From: an uncultured delta proteobacterium
GTDB taxonomy: Bacteria; Desulfobacterota; Binatia; Binatales; Binataceae
Assembly: GCA_963774665.1 (NCBI GenBank)
Contig: CAVZGB010000010.1
Coordinates: forward strand, 515,677-579,676
Direction: 5' to 3'
DNA length: 64,000 bases
The position numbers and the translations under genes are program-made. The notes below the pieces were generated by a model. That model had not been told where the DNA came from. It saw only the letters and a list, made by a program, of their open reading frames with translations, and did no database searches. Positions 54,190-63,693 of the stretch are shown here, in pieces. The number at the start of each line of letters is the position of its first letter. Position 1 is the first letter of the stretch.

Positions 54190-54735
54190 ATGCGCGACAA
54201 AATCGCTGAAATAGTTGCGGCCATCGAGCCGCTCGACGAGCTCGAGCGGGAGCATCGCGACTCGACGATCGAATGGATTCGTTCGGGTGCGCCGATTTTC
54301 AGGACAATGAAGCCCGATGTTCCGCCCAAGCACCTGGTGAGCTATTTCGCTCTCTTCGACGAGCACCGGGGAAAGCTGCTACTCGTCGATCACAAGCTGG
54401 CGGGCCTATGGCTGCCAAGCGGTGGCCACGTCGAGCCCGGAGAAGATCCGCGCGAGACCGTGGTCAGAGAGATAGCGGAGGAGCTGAACCTCGCAGCGGA
54501 GTTCGTCTCTCCGGCTCCGTTGTTCATCACCGTGACGCGGACAGTTGGCGACGACGGCGGGCATACCGACGTGTCGCTCTGGTATTTGCTGCGCGGCGAC
54601 AGCTCACGCGCGATTGAATTTGATCGCGGCGAGTTTCACGGCGTGCGATGGTTTGGTTTCGACGAGATACCGTTCGAGCGTTCCGACCCGCATTTGCGCC
54701 GCTTTGCGCAGAAGTTACGCGCGCGCTCTGCGTGA
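54190..54735 (+). CDS. NUDIX hydrolase
   Basis: GGHVEPGEDPRETVVREIAEE Nudix box. Confidence 0.9.
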   Translation: MRDKIAEIVAAIEPLDELEREHRDSTIEWIRSGAPIFRTMKPDVPPKHLVSYFALFDEHRGKLLLVDHKLAGLWLPSGGHVEPGEDPRETVVREIAEELNLAAEFVSPAPLFITVTRTVGDDGGHTDVSLWYLLRGDSSRAIEFDRGEFHGVRWFGFDEIPFERSDPHLRRFAQKLRARSA

Positions 54736-54800
54736 CCAAAATTTTGCAGAACTGGCTGCGCGTTTCGACCTCGCGCAACTCTCCTGCTAGACGTGGAGGT

Positions 54801-55064
54801 ATGAAGCCTCGACATGCAGCCGCGCTCGCCTTGGTGGGCTGGTATCTGATGATCCCGCCTCGGGGCCATGATCAGCAGACGTTCGATGAACACGCTCCAC
54901 TCGCAAGCTGGTTCGTATTCAGCGCGCACGATGCCGCTCACGAATGCGAAGGAGCGAAGTTTCTGAATCGCGAAGGGCATAAGCAGAGCGGAGATCCGAT
55001 GAAGGCCGCGATGGACTCGGCGCAGTGTATCGCGACCGACGATCCGCGCCTCAAGGAAAAATAG
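54801..55064 (+). CDS. 87-aa small protein of the MKxxHAxALALVGW...CIATDDPRLK family, copy 2
   Basis: Paralog of 5792-6064. Confidence 0.82.
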   Translation: MKPRHAAALALVGWYLMIPPRGHDQQTFDEHAPLASWFVFSAHDAAHECEGAKFLNREGHKQSGDPMKAAMDSAQCIATDDPRLKEK

Positions 55065-55161
55065 CGCGCCGCGGTTCATCGTGATTAATGCGGCGCTCTT
55101 CGCCGAGCAGGACAATACTGCTCCGCGTCCTTAGAATGACAAAAAAAGAGCAGGCGCGGGG

Positions 55162-55719
55162 TTACTTGCCGCGGAGGCGGTCCAGGATGATTCCTGCGGC
55201 CGAGCGCACTGACAGGTGATTGTAGTCGCTGGGGCCTATGATCGGTGCGAGCACGATGTCGGCGCGTTCTGCGACTTCGGGCGACATTCCGAATCCTGTA
55301 CCCAGAAGAATCATCATCGGAGGAGCGTCTGGAGCCTCCAGCCGCGCGCGCAAATCGGCGTAGCTGGTACCGCCTTCTGTGCGCGCGGATGTGTGCACGA
55401 TCAGCGGGCGCGCGCCCGAGATTCGCGATGCCTCCGCGATTGCGTCGTCGAGCTCCGCGACTATTTGCACGCGCTCGAGCGCCTCGCGACGGCGCGAATC
55501 GTGCGCGCGGCCGAAGTCGAAGCGCCAATGATCGATCACACTGGCCGCGAATTTCCGCTGCTCTGGAATCGGATGCACGATGAACACACCGCGTACGTCG
55601 TAGGTTCGCGACGCGCGCGCGATGTCGTGAATGTCGAGGCTGGTGATCGCCGACGTGACAATCTCCGCGTTGCGATTGACGACCGGATGATGAATCAGCG
55701 CTACGAAAAGGTCGTTCAC
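55162..55719 (-). CDS. SPOUT-type SAM-dependent RNA methyltransferase (trmD-associated family)
   Basis: ALIHHPV, DIHDIAR..RTY, GTGFG, YNHLSVRSA..IILDRL. Confidence 0.85.
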   Translation of the reverse strand: MNDLFVALIHHPVVNRNAEIVTSAITSLDIHDIARASRTYDVRGVFIVHPIPEQRKFAASVIDHWRFDFGRAHDSRRREALERVQIVAELDDAIAEASRISGARPLIVHTSARTEGGTSYADLRARLEAPDAPPMMILLGTGFGMSPEVAERADIVLAPIIGPSDYNHLSVRSAAGIILDRLRGK

Positions 55720-55738
55720 GTTTTCAGAATTTGCACGG

Positions 55739-56425
55739 TCAGAACTTGCGCCGCTCGAGCAGGTCGGGGCGCCGCCGCGCAGTTCGCCGTTTTGCTTCGG
55801 CCTCGCGCCACGCGCGAATCTTGCCATGGTCGCCGCTGAGCAGAATTTCCGGCACCGTCATGCCGCGAAACTCCTCAGGCCGAGTGTACTGCGGATATTC
55901 CAGCATCCCGGCGGCGAACGATTCCTCGTCGAGCGACTCGGGATTGCCAAGCACGCCCGGCAGCATCCTGCCGACCGCTTCGATCACCGCCATCGCGGGG
56001 ATTTCGCCGCCGCTCAGCACGTAGTCGCCGATGGAAATTTCCTGATCCACCAGCGATCGCACGCGCTCGTCGATTCCTTCGTAACGGCCCGCGACGATCA
56101 TCAGGCCGGGCGAGCGCTTGGCGAGATCGCGCGCCATCGAGTTGTCGAACACTTCGCCCTGCGGCGTCATCAGGATGCGCCACAGTCCCGGATGCTGCGC
56201 ATCGACCGCGTCGATCGCCGCGGCGATCGGCTCCGGCCGCATCACCATTCCACTGCCGCCGCCGTAGGGGGCGTCATCGACCTGCCGATAGTTGCCGAGA
56301 CCATGCTCGCGCAGCGGATGCGCCTTGATTGCGATCAGTCCCTGCTCGACGGCACGTCCGATCATGCCGCCGCGAAACGGCGACTCGAACATCTCGGGGA
56401 ACAGGGTGATTACGTGAAATTCCAT
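55739..56425 (-). CDS. trmD: tRNA (guanine37-N1)-methyltransferase
   Basis: VDDAPYGGGSGMVM, GRYEGIDER, SIGDYVLSGGE, YPQYTRP. Confidence 0.97.
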   Translation of the reverse strand: MEFHVITLFPEMFESPFRGGMIGRAVEQGLIAIKAHPLREHGLGNYRQVDDAPYGGGSGMVMRPEPIAAAIDAVDAQHPGLWRILMTPQGEVFDNSMARDLAKRSPGLMIVAGRYEGIDERVRSLVDQEISIGDYVLSGGEIPAMAVIEAVGRMLPGVLGNPESLDEESFAAGMLEYPQYTRPEEFRGMTVPEILLSGDHGKIRAWREAEAKRRTARRRPDLLERRKF

Positions 56426-56479
56426 CGGGGCGACTCCAAATCTATCCGGGCGAGTCGCGCAGAGCCAGTCACCAGACTG

Positions 56480-57046
56480 TCAGTCGAGCAAACCGGGAAT
56501 TGCCTCGATCGTCACGCGCCGGCCCGCGAGGTCCATCGACTTGACGACGTCCTCGATGACCGGGACCAGCACTTCGCGCTCGCTGTCGCGCACCACCCAG
56601 ATGTCCTGCGCGCCGTTCGAAAAGACTTCCTCGATAGCACCGAGGCGAGTGCCGTCGGTCAGAAAAACCTCGCATCCGATCGCTTCGTAATAGTAGAACT
56701 CGCCCGGCTTCCTGGGCGGGACGTCCTCCGTCGCGATCATCACGGCCGCGCCCCTGAGCGCCTCGGCCGCATCGATGTCCGCGATACCGTCGAGCGTGAT
56801 TCGATCGGTCGTCGCGTTGAGCGGCGCCACTCCGGTTACGCGGAACTCGCGTGATTCCCCGGAGCGCTCCAGGAAAATACGCTTGACGTGTTGCAATATG
56901 TCGGAATCGGGGTTGTCGGGACGGAATCGCAGCGCGCCCTTTAGTCCGTGGGCGCCGCTTATGCGGCCGACGCGCAGCATCGATGCTGTTGCGTGAATCG
57001 TATCATCGCGCAGGCGGACTTCCGCGCGATCACCGGTCCTCGACAA
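56480..57046 (-). CDS. rimM: Ribosome maturation factor RimM
   Basis: GRI.GAHGLKG, EFYYYE.IG, GAQD, IPGLLD. Confidence 0.92.
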   Translation of the reverse strand: MSRTGDRAEVRLRDDTIHATASMLRVGRISGAHGLKGALRFRPDNPDSDILQHVKRIFLERSGESREFRVTGVAPLNATTDRITLDGIADIDAAEALRGAAVMIATEDVPPRKPGEFYYYEAIGCEVFLTDGTRLGAIEEVFSNGAQDIWVVRDSEREVLVPVIEDVVKSMDLAGRRVTIEAIPGLLD

Positions 57047-57266
57047 TCTCGAGGACGACCTTGCGGTTGGTGCGTGATGCGACCGCGTTCAGGATGGTGC
57101 GGATCGACTTTGCGGTCCGCCCCTGCTTGCCGATCACGCGCCCCAAATCTTCCTTCGCGACCCGCAGCTCAAGTACCGAGGCGGTATCGCCCTGCGTCTC
57201 CTTTACATCCACTGCGCTAGCGTCGTTAACAAGTTGTTGTGCGAGGAATACGACGAGCTCCTTCAT
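57030..57266 (-). CDS. khpA: KH-domain RNA-binding protein
   Basis: DLGRVIGKQGRTAKSIR, located between rpsP and rimM. Confidence 0.92.
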   Translation of the reverse strand: MKELVVFLAQQLVNDASAVDVKETQGDTASVLELRVAKEDLGRVIGKQGRTAKSIRTILNAVASRTNRKVVLEIVEDR

Positions 57267-57293
57267 AGGTTGGCTCCGTTGCAGCGGGTCGCA

Positions 57294-57548
57294 TCAGGCG
57301 GAGACCGTTGCTGTTTCGGCCCGTTTAATCAGCTTTCTTACCGTGTCACTGGGCTTGGCGCCAGCCTTGAGCCACTGGTCGGCCACTTCTTTTTTGATCG
57401 TGACGCGCGGCGGATCGAAAGCCGGGTCGTAGGTCCCCACCTGGGCGACGAAGCGACCGTCGCGGGGCGAGCGCGAATCCGCCACCACGATGCGGTAAAA
57501 AGGTTTTTTTCGCGCTCCATGCCGGCGCAAGCGAATTACAAGTCCCAT
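57294..57548 (-). CDS. rpsP: 30S ribosomal protein S16
   Basis: [33 protein letters not shown]. Confidence 0.97.
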   Translation of the reverse strand: MGLVIRLRRHGARKKPFYRIVVADSRSPRDGRFVAQVGTYDPAFDPPRVTIKKEVADQWLKAGAKPSDTVRKLIKRAETATVSA

Positions 57549-57576
57549 TCAGTTCTCCTGTTACCTAAATCTTATT

Positions 57577-58917
57577 CTAGCCGCCGAGCCCCAGTCCGCG
57601 CATCATCATCTTTCCAGCACCCATGCGGGTGATTTTCTTCATCATTTTGCGCGTTTGCTCGAATTGTTTGAGGAAGCGATTCACATCCTGGACTGACGTT
57701 CCACTACCGCCTGCTATTCGCGCGCGCCGCCGTCCGTTAATAATCAGATGATTACCGCGCTCCTGCAAGGTCATCGAGTCGATGATCGCCTGGATACGTC
57801 CGAGCTCGAGTTTGGCATCTTCGGAGTCGGCCGCGCCGGCAAACTTCTTGAGGCCGGGAATCATGCCCATCAGCTCGCCCAGCGATCCCATCTTTTTGAT
57901 CGCTTTAATCTGCTCGGCGAAATCCGTGATGGTGAACTCGTTCTTTTTGAACTTGCGCTCGAGTTCTTTGGCCTTGGTCTGATCGTAATTTTGCTGCGCT
58001 TTTTCTATAAGCGTCAGCACGTCGCCCATCCCAAGGATTCGCGACGTCAGCCGGTCGGGGTAAAAGATCTCGAACGCATCGAGCTTCTCGCCCGTCGCTG
58101 CGAACAGAATCGGCGCGCCGGTAATGGTGCGCACAGAAAGCGCCGCGCCGCCGCGTGCATCGGAGTCGAGCTTGGTCAGAATGACGCCGGAAATTCCCAG
58201 CCGCTCATGGAATCCTGCGGCAACGTTCGCCGCTTCCTGGCCGGTCATCGCGTCGGCGACAAATATGATGTGATGCGGGTTCAGCGCTGCCTTCAGGCGC
58301 GCCAGCTCGTCCATCAGCTCTTCGTCGATCTGCAGGCGACCGGCGGTATCGATCAATATCGCGTCATGGCCACCTGTTTCGGCTCGAGCCATCGCGCGCG
58401 ACGCGATCTCGATTGGATCCTGCTGCTCGTTGCTGTCGAGCACGGGGATTTGCGCCTGCGCGCCGAGGACGCGAAGTTGCTCCATCGCGGCCGGGCGATA
58501 GACGTCGGTCGAGGCCAAAATCGGATGCCGCTTGCGCTCCGATTTAAGCCAGCGCGCGAGCTTCGCTATCGAGGTCGTTTTGCCCGAGCCCTGCAGGCCG
58601 ACCACCATGATTTTGACCGGCGGCTTGACCTTCAAATCGAGCTCGCGCGCGGTGCCGCCCATCGCGTTCTGCAGCTCGGTCGCGACAAACTTGATCAGAT
58701 GCTGTTCAGGCGAGAGCGATCGGAGAACTTCGGCGCCGAGCGCCTTGTTCTTGACGTGCTCGATAAAGTCGCGGACGACCTTGATATTGACGTCGGCCTC
58801 GAGCAGCGCGAGCCGGACTTCGCGGAGCGCCTCCTCGATGTTGCGCTCAGTAATGCGGCCCTGGCCCTTGAGTTTTTTGAAAACTCCTTCGAGGCGGTCG
58901 CTGAGCGTATCAAACAT
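57577..58917 (-). CDS. ffh: Signal recognition particle protein
   Basis: GLQGSGKTT, DTAGRL, TKLD, RILGMGD, M-domain. Confidence 0.97.
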   Translation of the reverse strand: MFDTLSDRLEGVFKKLKGQGRITERNIEEALREVRLALLEADVNIKVVRDFIEHVKNKALGAEVLRSLSPEQHLIKFVATELQNAMGGTARELDLKVKPPVKIMVVGLQGSGKTTSIAKLARWLKSERKRHPILASTDVYRPAAMEQLRVLGAQAQIPVLDSNEQQDPIEIASRAMARAETGGHDAILIDTAGRLQIDEELMDELARLKAALNPHHIIFVADAMTGQEAANVAAGFHERLGISGVILTKLDSDARGGAALSVRTITGAPILFAATGEKLDAFEIFYPDRLTSRILGMGDVLTLIEKAQQNYDQTKAKELERKFKKNEFTITDFAEQIKAIKKMGSLGELMGMIPGLKKFAGAADSEDAKLELGRIQAIIDSMTLQERGNHLIINGRRRARIAGGSGTSVQDVNRFLKQFEQTRKMMKKITRMGAGKMMMRGLGLGG

Positions 58918-59144
58918 GCGTAAAAACTCGGTATTTCAGGTAGAGGAACGCGAATTCGGCCCAGTCGGACGACTTAATTAATATAGCAAACTGTGAAGGC
59001 TAGGGTACACTCGTGCAACTGTCAATGCGGCGCCGTGAGCGTTTACCGACGTAATTTTCAAATTTGTGAGTTTTACTGTGCTGGCCCAACAAAACTATGC
59101 CTTATGCCGTTGGGAATATATTGGCCGTGCTACAGTTTCCCTAG

Positions 59145-59351
59145 TTGCGTAAATTCGGAAATCGGATCTTTCGATGGATACGGCGAAGGCGGATTGACCC
59201 TCACGATGACGTGTTGACCTGTTCGAAATGCGGCGCGAACACGATGCTGATTCACGTCGAAGAGAACGAAGTTCAGCGCATCAAGTGTGCGAGCTGCAAT
59301 GACCTGGTCGGATATACAGAGAAATTGGTCAGAATACTCAACAAGCCTTAA
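59145..59351 (+). CDS. Small Zn-ribbon-like protein
   Basis: CSKC...CASC; TTG start. Confidence 0.55.
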   Translation: MRKFGNRIFRWIRRRRIDPHDDVLTCSKCGANTMLIHVEENEVQRIKCASCNDLVGYTEKLVRILNKP

Positions 59352-60112
59352 GAGGCTTTGGGCTTGATGTGCGCTTCGTAGTACGGGCGCATCGAACGCA
59401 GCGCGCGCATCTGATGGTAGGCTAGTTCGTCGTCCGGATATCGATGCTCGGGGCCGATGACGCATCCGGCGCGCGCGTGGCATCGAGGAGTGCAATCCGG
59501 CTCGACTTCGACGCGATGGCTCAGACATTTTGGGATGTCCCATCCGGATTCGATGTTCACTGCTCCGGCCGGGCAGGCGGGGATGCAGGTGCGCGCGGTG
59601 CATCGAGGGCATGGGTTGAAGCCTGACGCGTCGCCCGGTGAATCGAGTTCTTCGTCAAGCAGGAGCGCGGCGCGAAATGCTATCCATGGTCCATAGACGG
59701 GATGCACCGTGACGCCGAGGATGCTTGGTCCTGCTATGCCCGCGACTTTGCCGAGCTCGATAAAGCTGAGAGTGCGGCCGCTGCTCATGAAGGGGTAAAC
59801 GGTGGTGCATCGCAGGCCCGATGCGCGGAGCGGGGCGGCGACGTCGCGCTCGACGACTTCGCGGGTGAAATCGTCGAGCGGATTTTCGCGATTCCACCAC
59901 CCGGGAATCCGCGATGCGTGCATTTTGAGCGCTTCCCATAGCGCGCCGCCGCCGTTACCGATTACGACGATCGAGCGTGCCTGCGGATCTATCGCAGAGG
60001 CGCGCGAAATCTCCGCGACCGTGTCGTCATAGCGCGCGATGGGAGTGGCCGCGACAAGGTTGAGGCCATGCGGCTCAGCGGCCCGCCGGATTATGTCCAG
60101 CGTCGATGACAC
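59348..60112 (-). CDS. QueG/CblC-like Fe-S protein
   Basis: HPVYGPWIAFRAALL, CPRC...CIPACP, C..RC.AR..C. Confidence 0.65.
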   Translation of the reverse strand: MSSTLDIIRRAAEPHGLNLVAATPIARYDDTVAEISRASAIDPQARSIVVIGNGGGALWEALKMHASRIPGWWNRENPLDDFTREVVERDVAAPLRASGLRCTTVYPFMSSGRTLSFIELGKVAGIAGPSILGVTVHPVYGPWIAFRAALLLDEELDSPGDASGFNPCPRCTARTCIPACPAGAVNIESGWDIPKCLSHRVEVEPDCTPRCHARAGCVIGPEHRYPDDELAYHQMRALRSMRPYYEAHIKPKAS

Positions 60113-60123
60113 TGTTAAAAAGC

Positions 60124-61437
60124 TCAAGGAGGAGGCACGAGGGCGAAGATCGTGCCGTTGCCGCATGTGCCGCCCGCTTCGGTCATCCCGAAGAGCGTGT
60201 TGTCCACCAGGATGACGTCGTCGATCGGCTTGGCGCCGTCCGGCGCAGGCTGGAATTCCCAAATTCGATCGTAGTTGGTGCCATCGGTATTAATCTGAAA
60301 AACGGTGCCGTTGCCCTTGCTGCCGCCCAACCTGGTCGTGCCATAGAGCGTAGTTCCGTTCAGAAGCAGCGAGGCGTACGGATTTATGCCGTCGTTGGAG
60401 CCAGATTTGCCGAAGCTCTGCAGGATTTTGAAATGTGAGCCGTCGGTATGCATCGTAAAAAGCGTGCCGCTGCCATATTTGCCGCCCGTGGTCGTCAAGC
60501 CAAACAGCGACGAGTTGCTTTGGACGAGCGTGCCGTGATCGGGAGTGGCGCCGTTGTTGGAGTCGATGCACATCGGGGCGCCATTCTTGGGGCAAGCGAA
60601 TTGATGGAGCACCTTGTATTTATTCTTGGCCATGTTGAAAGAAAACACGACCCCCACATTCGCGGACCCGCCGACCGGCGTCATCCCATAGAACGTGGTG
60701 CCGTTCGGGTCGAGGATGAGCTGGCCATGGGGATCGAAACCGTCCGCGCCGTCGAAGGAGTGGAGGCGCGTGTAGGTGTTGCTGGTTGTATCGAAGGAGA
60801 AGATAACTCCGTCGCCGGTTAAACCGCCCCTATGTCCCCCCTGCGAGGTCATGCCATAGAGCACGCTGCCGGCTGCGACGAAATTGCTGAACGGCATATC
60901 GCCTGCGTTGTTAGCGGCGCTCGTGGGGAAGTCGAACAGAAGCGGCGACGAGTAACCGGTACCGTCATCGTTGATACCGAATATCGAGCCGTTGTTATGC
61001 TGACCGCCGGTGAGCGTCGTGCCGTAGAGGACGGTGCCGACGAGGGTCATCGCGTTATGCTGCGGGTCACTGCCATCTGATTTCGTGCCGGTGAAGAAGT
61101 GATCGACCGCGTAGCCCGCGCCGCTGGGCATGATCTGGAAAATAGTGCCGAAGCCGTTGCCCTGCGAAGTGGTCGTCGCCGTGCGCCCGAAGAGCAACCC
61201 GGTGGCGGTGACGAAAGTCAGCGAGCCCTTGGGGTCGGCGCCGTCATTGACTTTGCATTTGCCGGCGGTAGGCCCCTCTCCGAAGGAATGCAGCACGGTC
61301 TCGGTCCCGGTCGGCATCGCGTCGGGGACGGCGTTCTGCCCGATGGCCGCAGGAGCCATCGTCAGCAACAGCGCCGTGCCGAGCATCGCAATCGCAGCGA
61401 AGATGAATTTACCGTCCAATCGAATCCGAAAAAACAT
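60124..61437 (-). CDS. Secreted Gloeo_Verruco (GloVer)-repeat protein
   Basis: Repeats LHSF...DG..P...L......LYG.T..GG....G.IF. Confidence 0.85.
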   Translation of the reverse strand: MFFRIRLDGKFIFAAIAMLGTALLLTMAPAAIGQNAVPDAMPTGTETVLHSFGEGPTAGKCKVNDGADPKGSLTFVTATGLLFGRTATTTSQGNGFGTIFQIMPSGAGYAVDHFFTGTKSDGSDPQHNAMTLVGTVLYGTTLTGGQHNNGSIFGINDDGTGYSSPLLFDFPTSAANNAGDMPFSNFVAAGSVLYGMTSQGGHRGGLTGDGVIFSFDTTSNTYTRLHSFDGADGFDPHGQLILDPNGTTFYGMTPVGGSANVGVVFSFNMAKNKYKVLHQFACPKNGAPMCIDSNNGATPDHGTLVQSNSSLFGLTTTGGKYGSGTLFTMHTDGSHFKILQSFGKSGSNDGINPYASLLLNGTTLYGTTRLGGSKGNGTVFQINTDGTNYDRIWEFQPAPDGAKPIDDVILVDNTLFGMTEAGGTCGNGTIFALVPPP

Positions 61438-61519
61438 ATTTTCCCCTTCCCGTGCCTTCTCGACAATTGGTCGGGGTTCATTGTAAGCGAGTGAACTGAG
61501 TTAATCGATGCGGTTGGTG

Positions 61520-61930
61520 TTACGAGATTTTGTAGGTTACCAGCGCGTCGGCGATCAGAGCGTCTGAGGCGTCGACGATCTCCACTGCGAGGCTCGCGAT
61601 ACGGTTGCCGGTCCGCTTCACCCGCGCGCGGGCGATCAGGTCGGAATTCACGGCGAAGCCTGTGTAGTTAACTGTGAGTGAGATGGTTGCGGTGCGCGTG
61701 GTCGCGGCGAGGCTCCAGACCGCGGCGCATGCCGCCACGTCGGCAAGGGCGGCGATCGCGCCGCCGTGAATCGGTGCGGCGGGCCCGCCCTCGTTGAGAA
61801 TGCGCAAATCGAACGGCATCCGCACTGTCGCGGAGCCTCCCGCGGCCGATTCGATCTTCAGCCCGAGCATCGCAGCGAACGGCGCTCGCTCAAGCGCCTT
61901 GATTAAGTGGCTTCGATCCTGATCGGGCAT
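61520..61930 (-). CDS. PaaI-family hotdog thioesterase
   Basis: PF...LG, IHGGAIAALAD, TISLTVNY. Confidence 0.88.
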   Translation of the reverse strand: MPDQDRSHLIKALERAPFAAMLGLKIESAAGGSATVRMPFDLRILNEGGPAAPIHGGAIAALADVAACAAVWSLAATTRTATISLTVNYTGFAVNSDLIARARVKRTGNRIASLAVEIVDASDALIADALVTYKIS

Positions 61931-62426
61931 TCAATTTCTCCGTCTTGAGTTCGAGTTCGCCAGCTTGAGCGCCAGCGCGACGGCCCCAGCGGGCGTGTCG
62001 GCGCGGTTCAAACCCTCGATTTCAGGCCACGAATCGAGCGCGACGATCGGCTTGCCGAATTTTTTCGCGAAGCCAATTTCCGCGAGAGTACCGCCCTCGC
62101 CAGCCAGCGAGATTACCGCATCTGCACTGGCGACGATCACTGCATTGCGAGCCTCGCCGATGCCGGTGGCAATCACGAACTCGACATGCCGGTTCGCCGC
62201 ACGGCGATCGTAGCCCGGCAGGATTCCAATCGTATGCCCACCGAGCTTGCGCGCACCGGCCGCGGACGATTCCATCACGCCCGTGCGCCCGCCGTTCAGC
62301 AAGACGGCGCCGCGCCGCGATTTCGCGCCCGACCGCGAACGCGAGCTTGCAGACCGCGGCGGGAGCGTCATCGCCCCCGCCGATGACGGCAACCACTTGC
62401 TGCCGTTTTTTCAGTGAAACCGCCAT
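61931..62426 (-). CDS. TIGR00725/LOG-like protein (frameshift near 62315)
   Basis: VAVIGG, GG.TGVME, TIGILPG, GEARN, GTLAEI. Confidence 0.85.
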
Positions 62427-62440
62427 GGGCGGAATTACTG

Positions 62441-63199
62441 CTATAAGCCGAGCGCCGCGGGAAGTTCCGCGAGATCCGAGATAGTGAAGTCTGGCTGGGG
62501 AATTGCCTCGGGCAACTCGTGATTGCGTCTGTTGATCCACGCGGAGTGCATCCCGACGCCCTTGCTGCCGAGCACGTCGTCGAGCGGAGTGTCGCCGACG
62601 AACAGGATGTCGGCGGGCTCGAGGCGCATCGCGTCGAGCAGTTTCTTAAAAATCAGCGGATTTGGTTTTCGATAGCCGGTGTCGGCCGAGATGATCACCG
62701 CGGTGAAGAGCTCGCGGATGCCGGTGTCGTGCATAATCTGGTGACCAGTTTCGGAATCGTCGAAATTGGAGATGAGGCCAAGGCGATGATGATTGGCGAT
62801 TTTCTTCATCGCGTCGATTCGCGCCGGCGGCGCCTTGGTGACCTCGCGCACGCGTGCCATGTGGATTCGGCGCAGATTCTCGGCGAGCGGTGGCGCGATG
62901 TTTTCGTCAACGTTGAGAATTTTGAGCGTCCGCGCGAAGCGCTCGAGGCAGGTAATCTCAAGGGCGTTGGCCTTGGCTCGCTCGGAGAATATGTCGCTGT
63001 AAACCGACGCGTGCGCCTCCGAAAATTTCTCGCGGTCGAAGTGCTTGCCCAGCGCGGTTTCCAGGGTCGAGTAGAGCAGCGGAGTCGTACTGCGAATTTC
63101 GCGCCCGCGAAATTGCATCAGCGGCAGCCCTTCCGGATTCCAGGTCACGAGCGTGTCGAACAGATCAATCACGACCGCTTTGTAACGATGCTCAGCCAC
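62441..63199 (-). CDS. HAD-superfamily hydrolase
   Basis: DLFDTL, ISNFD, KP.P.IF, VGD...DD. Confidence 0.9.
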   Translation of the reverse strand: MAEHRYKAVVIDLFDTLVTWNPEGLPLMQFRGREIRSTTPLLYSTLETALGKHFDREKFSEAHASVYSDIFSERAKANALEITCLERFARTLKILNVDENIAPPLAENLRRIHMARVREVTKAPPARIDAMKKIANHHRLGLISNFDDSETGHQIMHDTGIRELFTAVIISADTGYRKPNPLIFKKLLDAMRLEPADILFVGDTPLDDVLGSKGVGMHSAWINRRNHELPEAIPQPDFTISDLAELPAALGL

Positions 63200-63662
63200 G
63201 TGGAATCAATGCTCCTGAAGTGCCGACGATAGCGGCGAGGTTCAACAGCAGCACGGTGCCGTTGAGAATCACCGACGTATGATGCAGCTTGTCGAACTCA
63301 GCTTTTTTGACCGGGTCCGGATTCGGATCTTCGTTGACGGTGCGCAGCGCGTCGGCGTGCGGCAGAATCACGGTGCCCGCATAGAAGGTGATTCCGAGTG
63401 CGATCGCGAGCGCGACCGTCGTGCCGCCCCACCATATCCGCGGCCCGCGCACTGCGGTGAAGTAGATCGCGAGCACCAGGCTGATGGTCCCCACGATGTA
63501 TCCGAGCATGTAGTAGCGCGGAAAGATTGTGCTGATCAGCTGGCCGGCCTCGGGTCGTGGCAGAACCGTGAAGACCGCGGGCGCGGTGAAGAACGAGAAG
63601 AAGACAATCCCCCCGAGCCAGCATCCGAGCGCGGCCAGGTAAATCGTCAAAACTATGATCAT
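63192..63662 (-). CDS. DUF4149 (TMEM205-like) membrane protein
   Basis: WLGG..FF....AP..F..L, FPRYY, F.KLH. Confidence 0.8.
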   Translation of the reverse strand: MIIVLTIYLAALGCWLGGIVFFSFFTAPAVFTVLPRPEAGQLISTIFPRYYMLGYIVGTISLVLAIYFTAVRGPRIWWGGTTVALAIALGITFYAGTVILPHADALRTVNEDPNPDPVKKAEFDKLHHTSVILNGTVLLLNLAAIVGTSGALIPRG

Positions 63663-63693
63663 CTTTTTCAGTAATAAGTGATCGACGTGGCGA

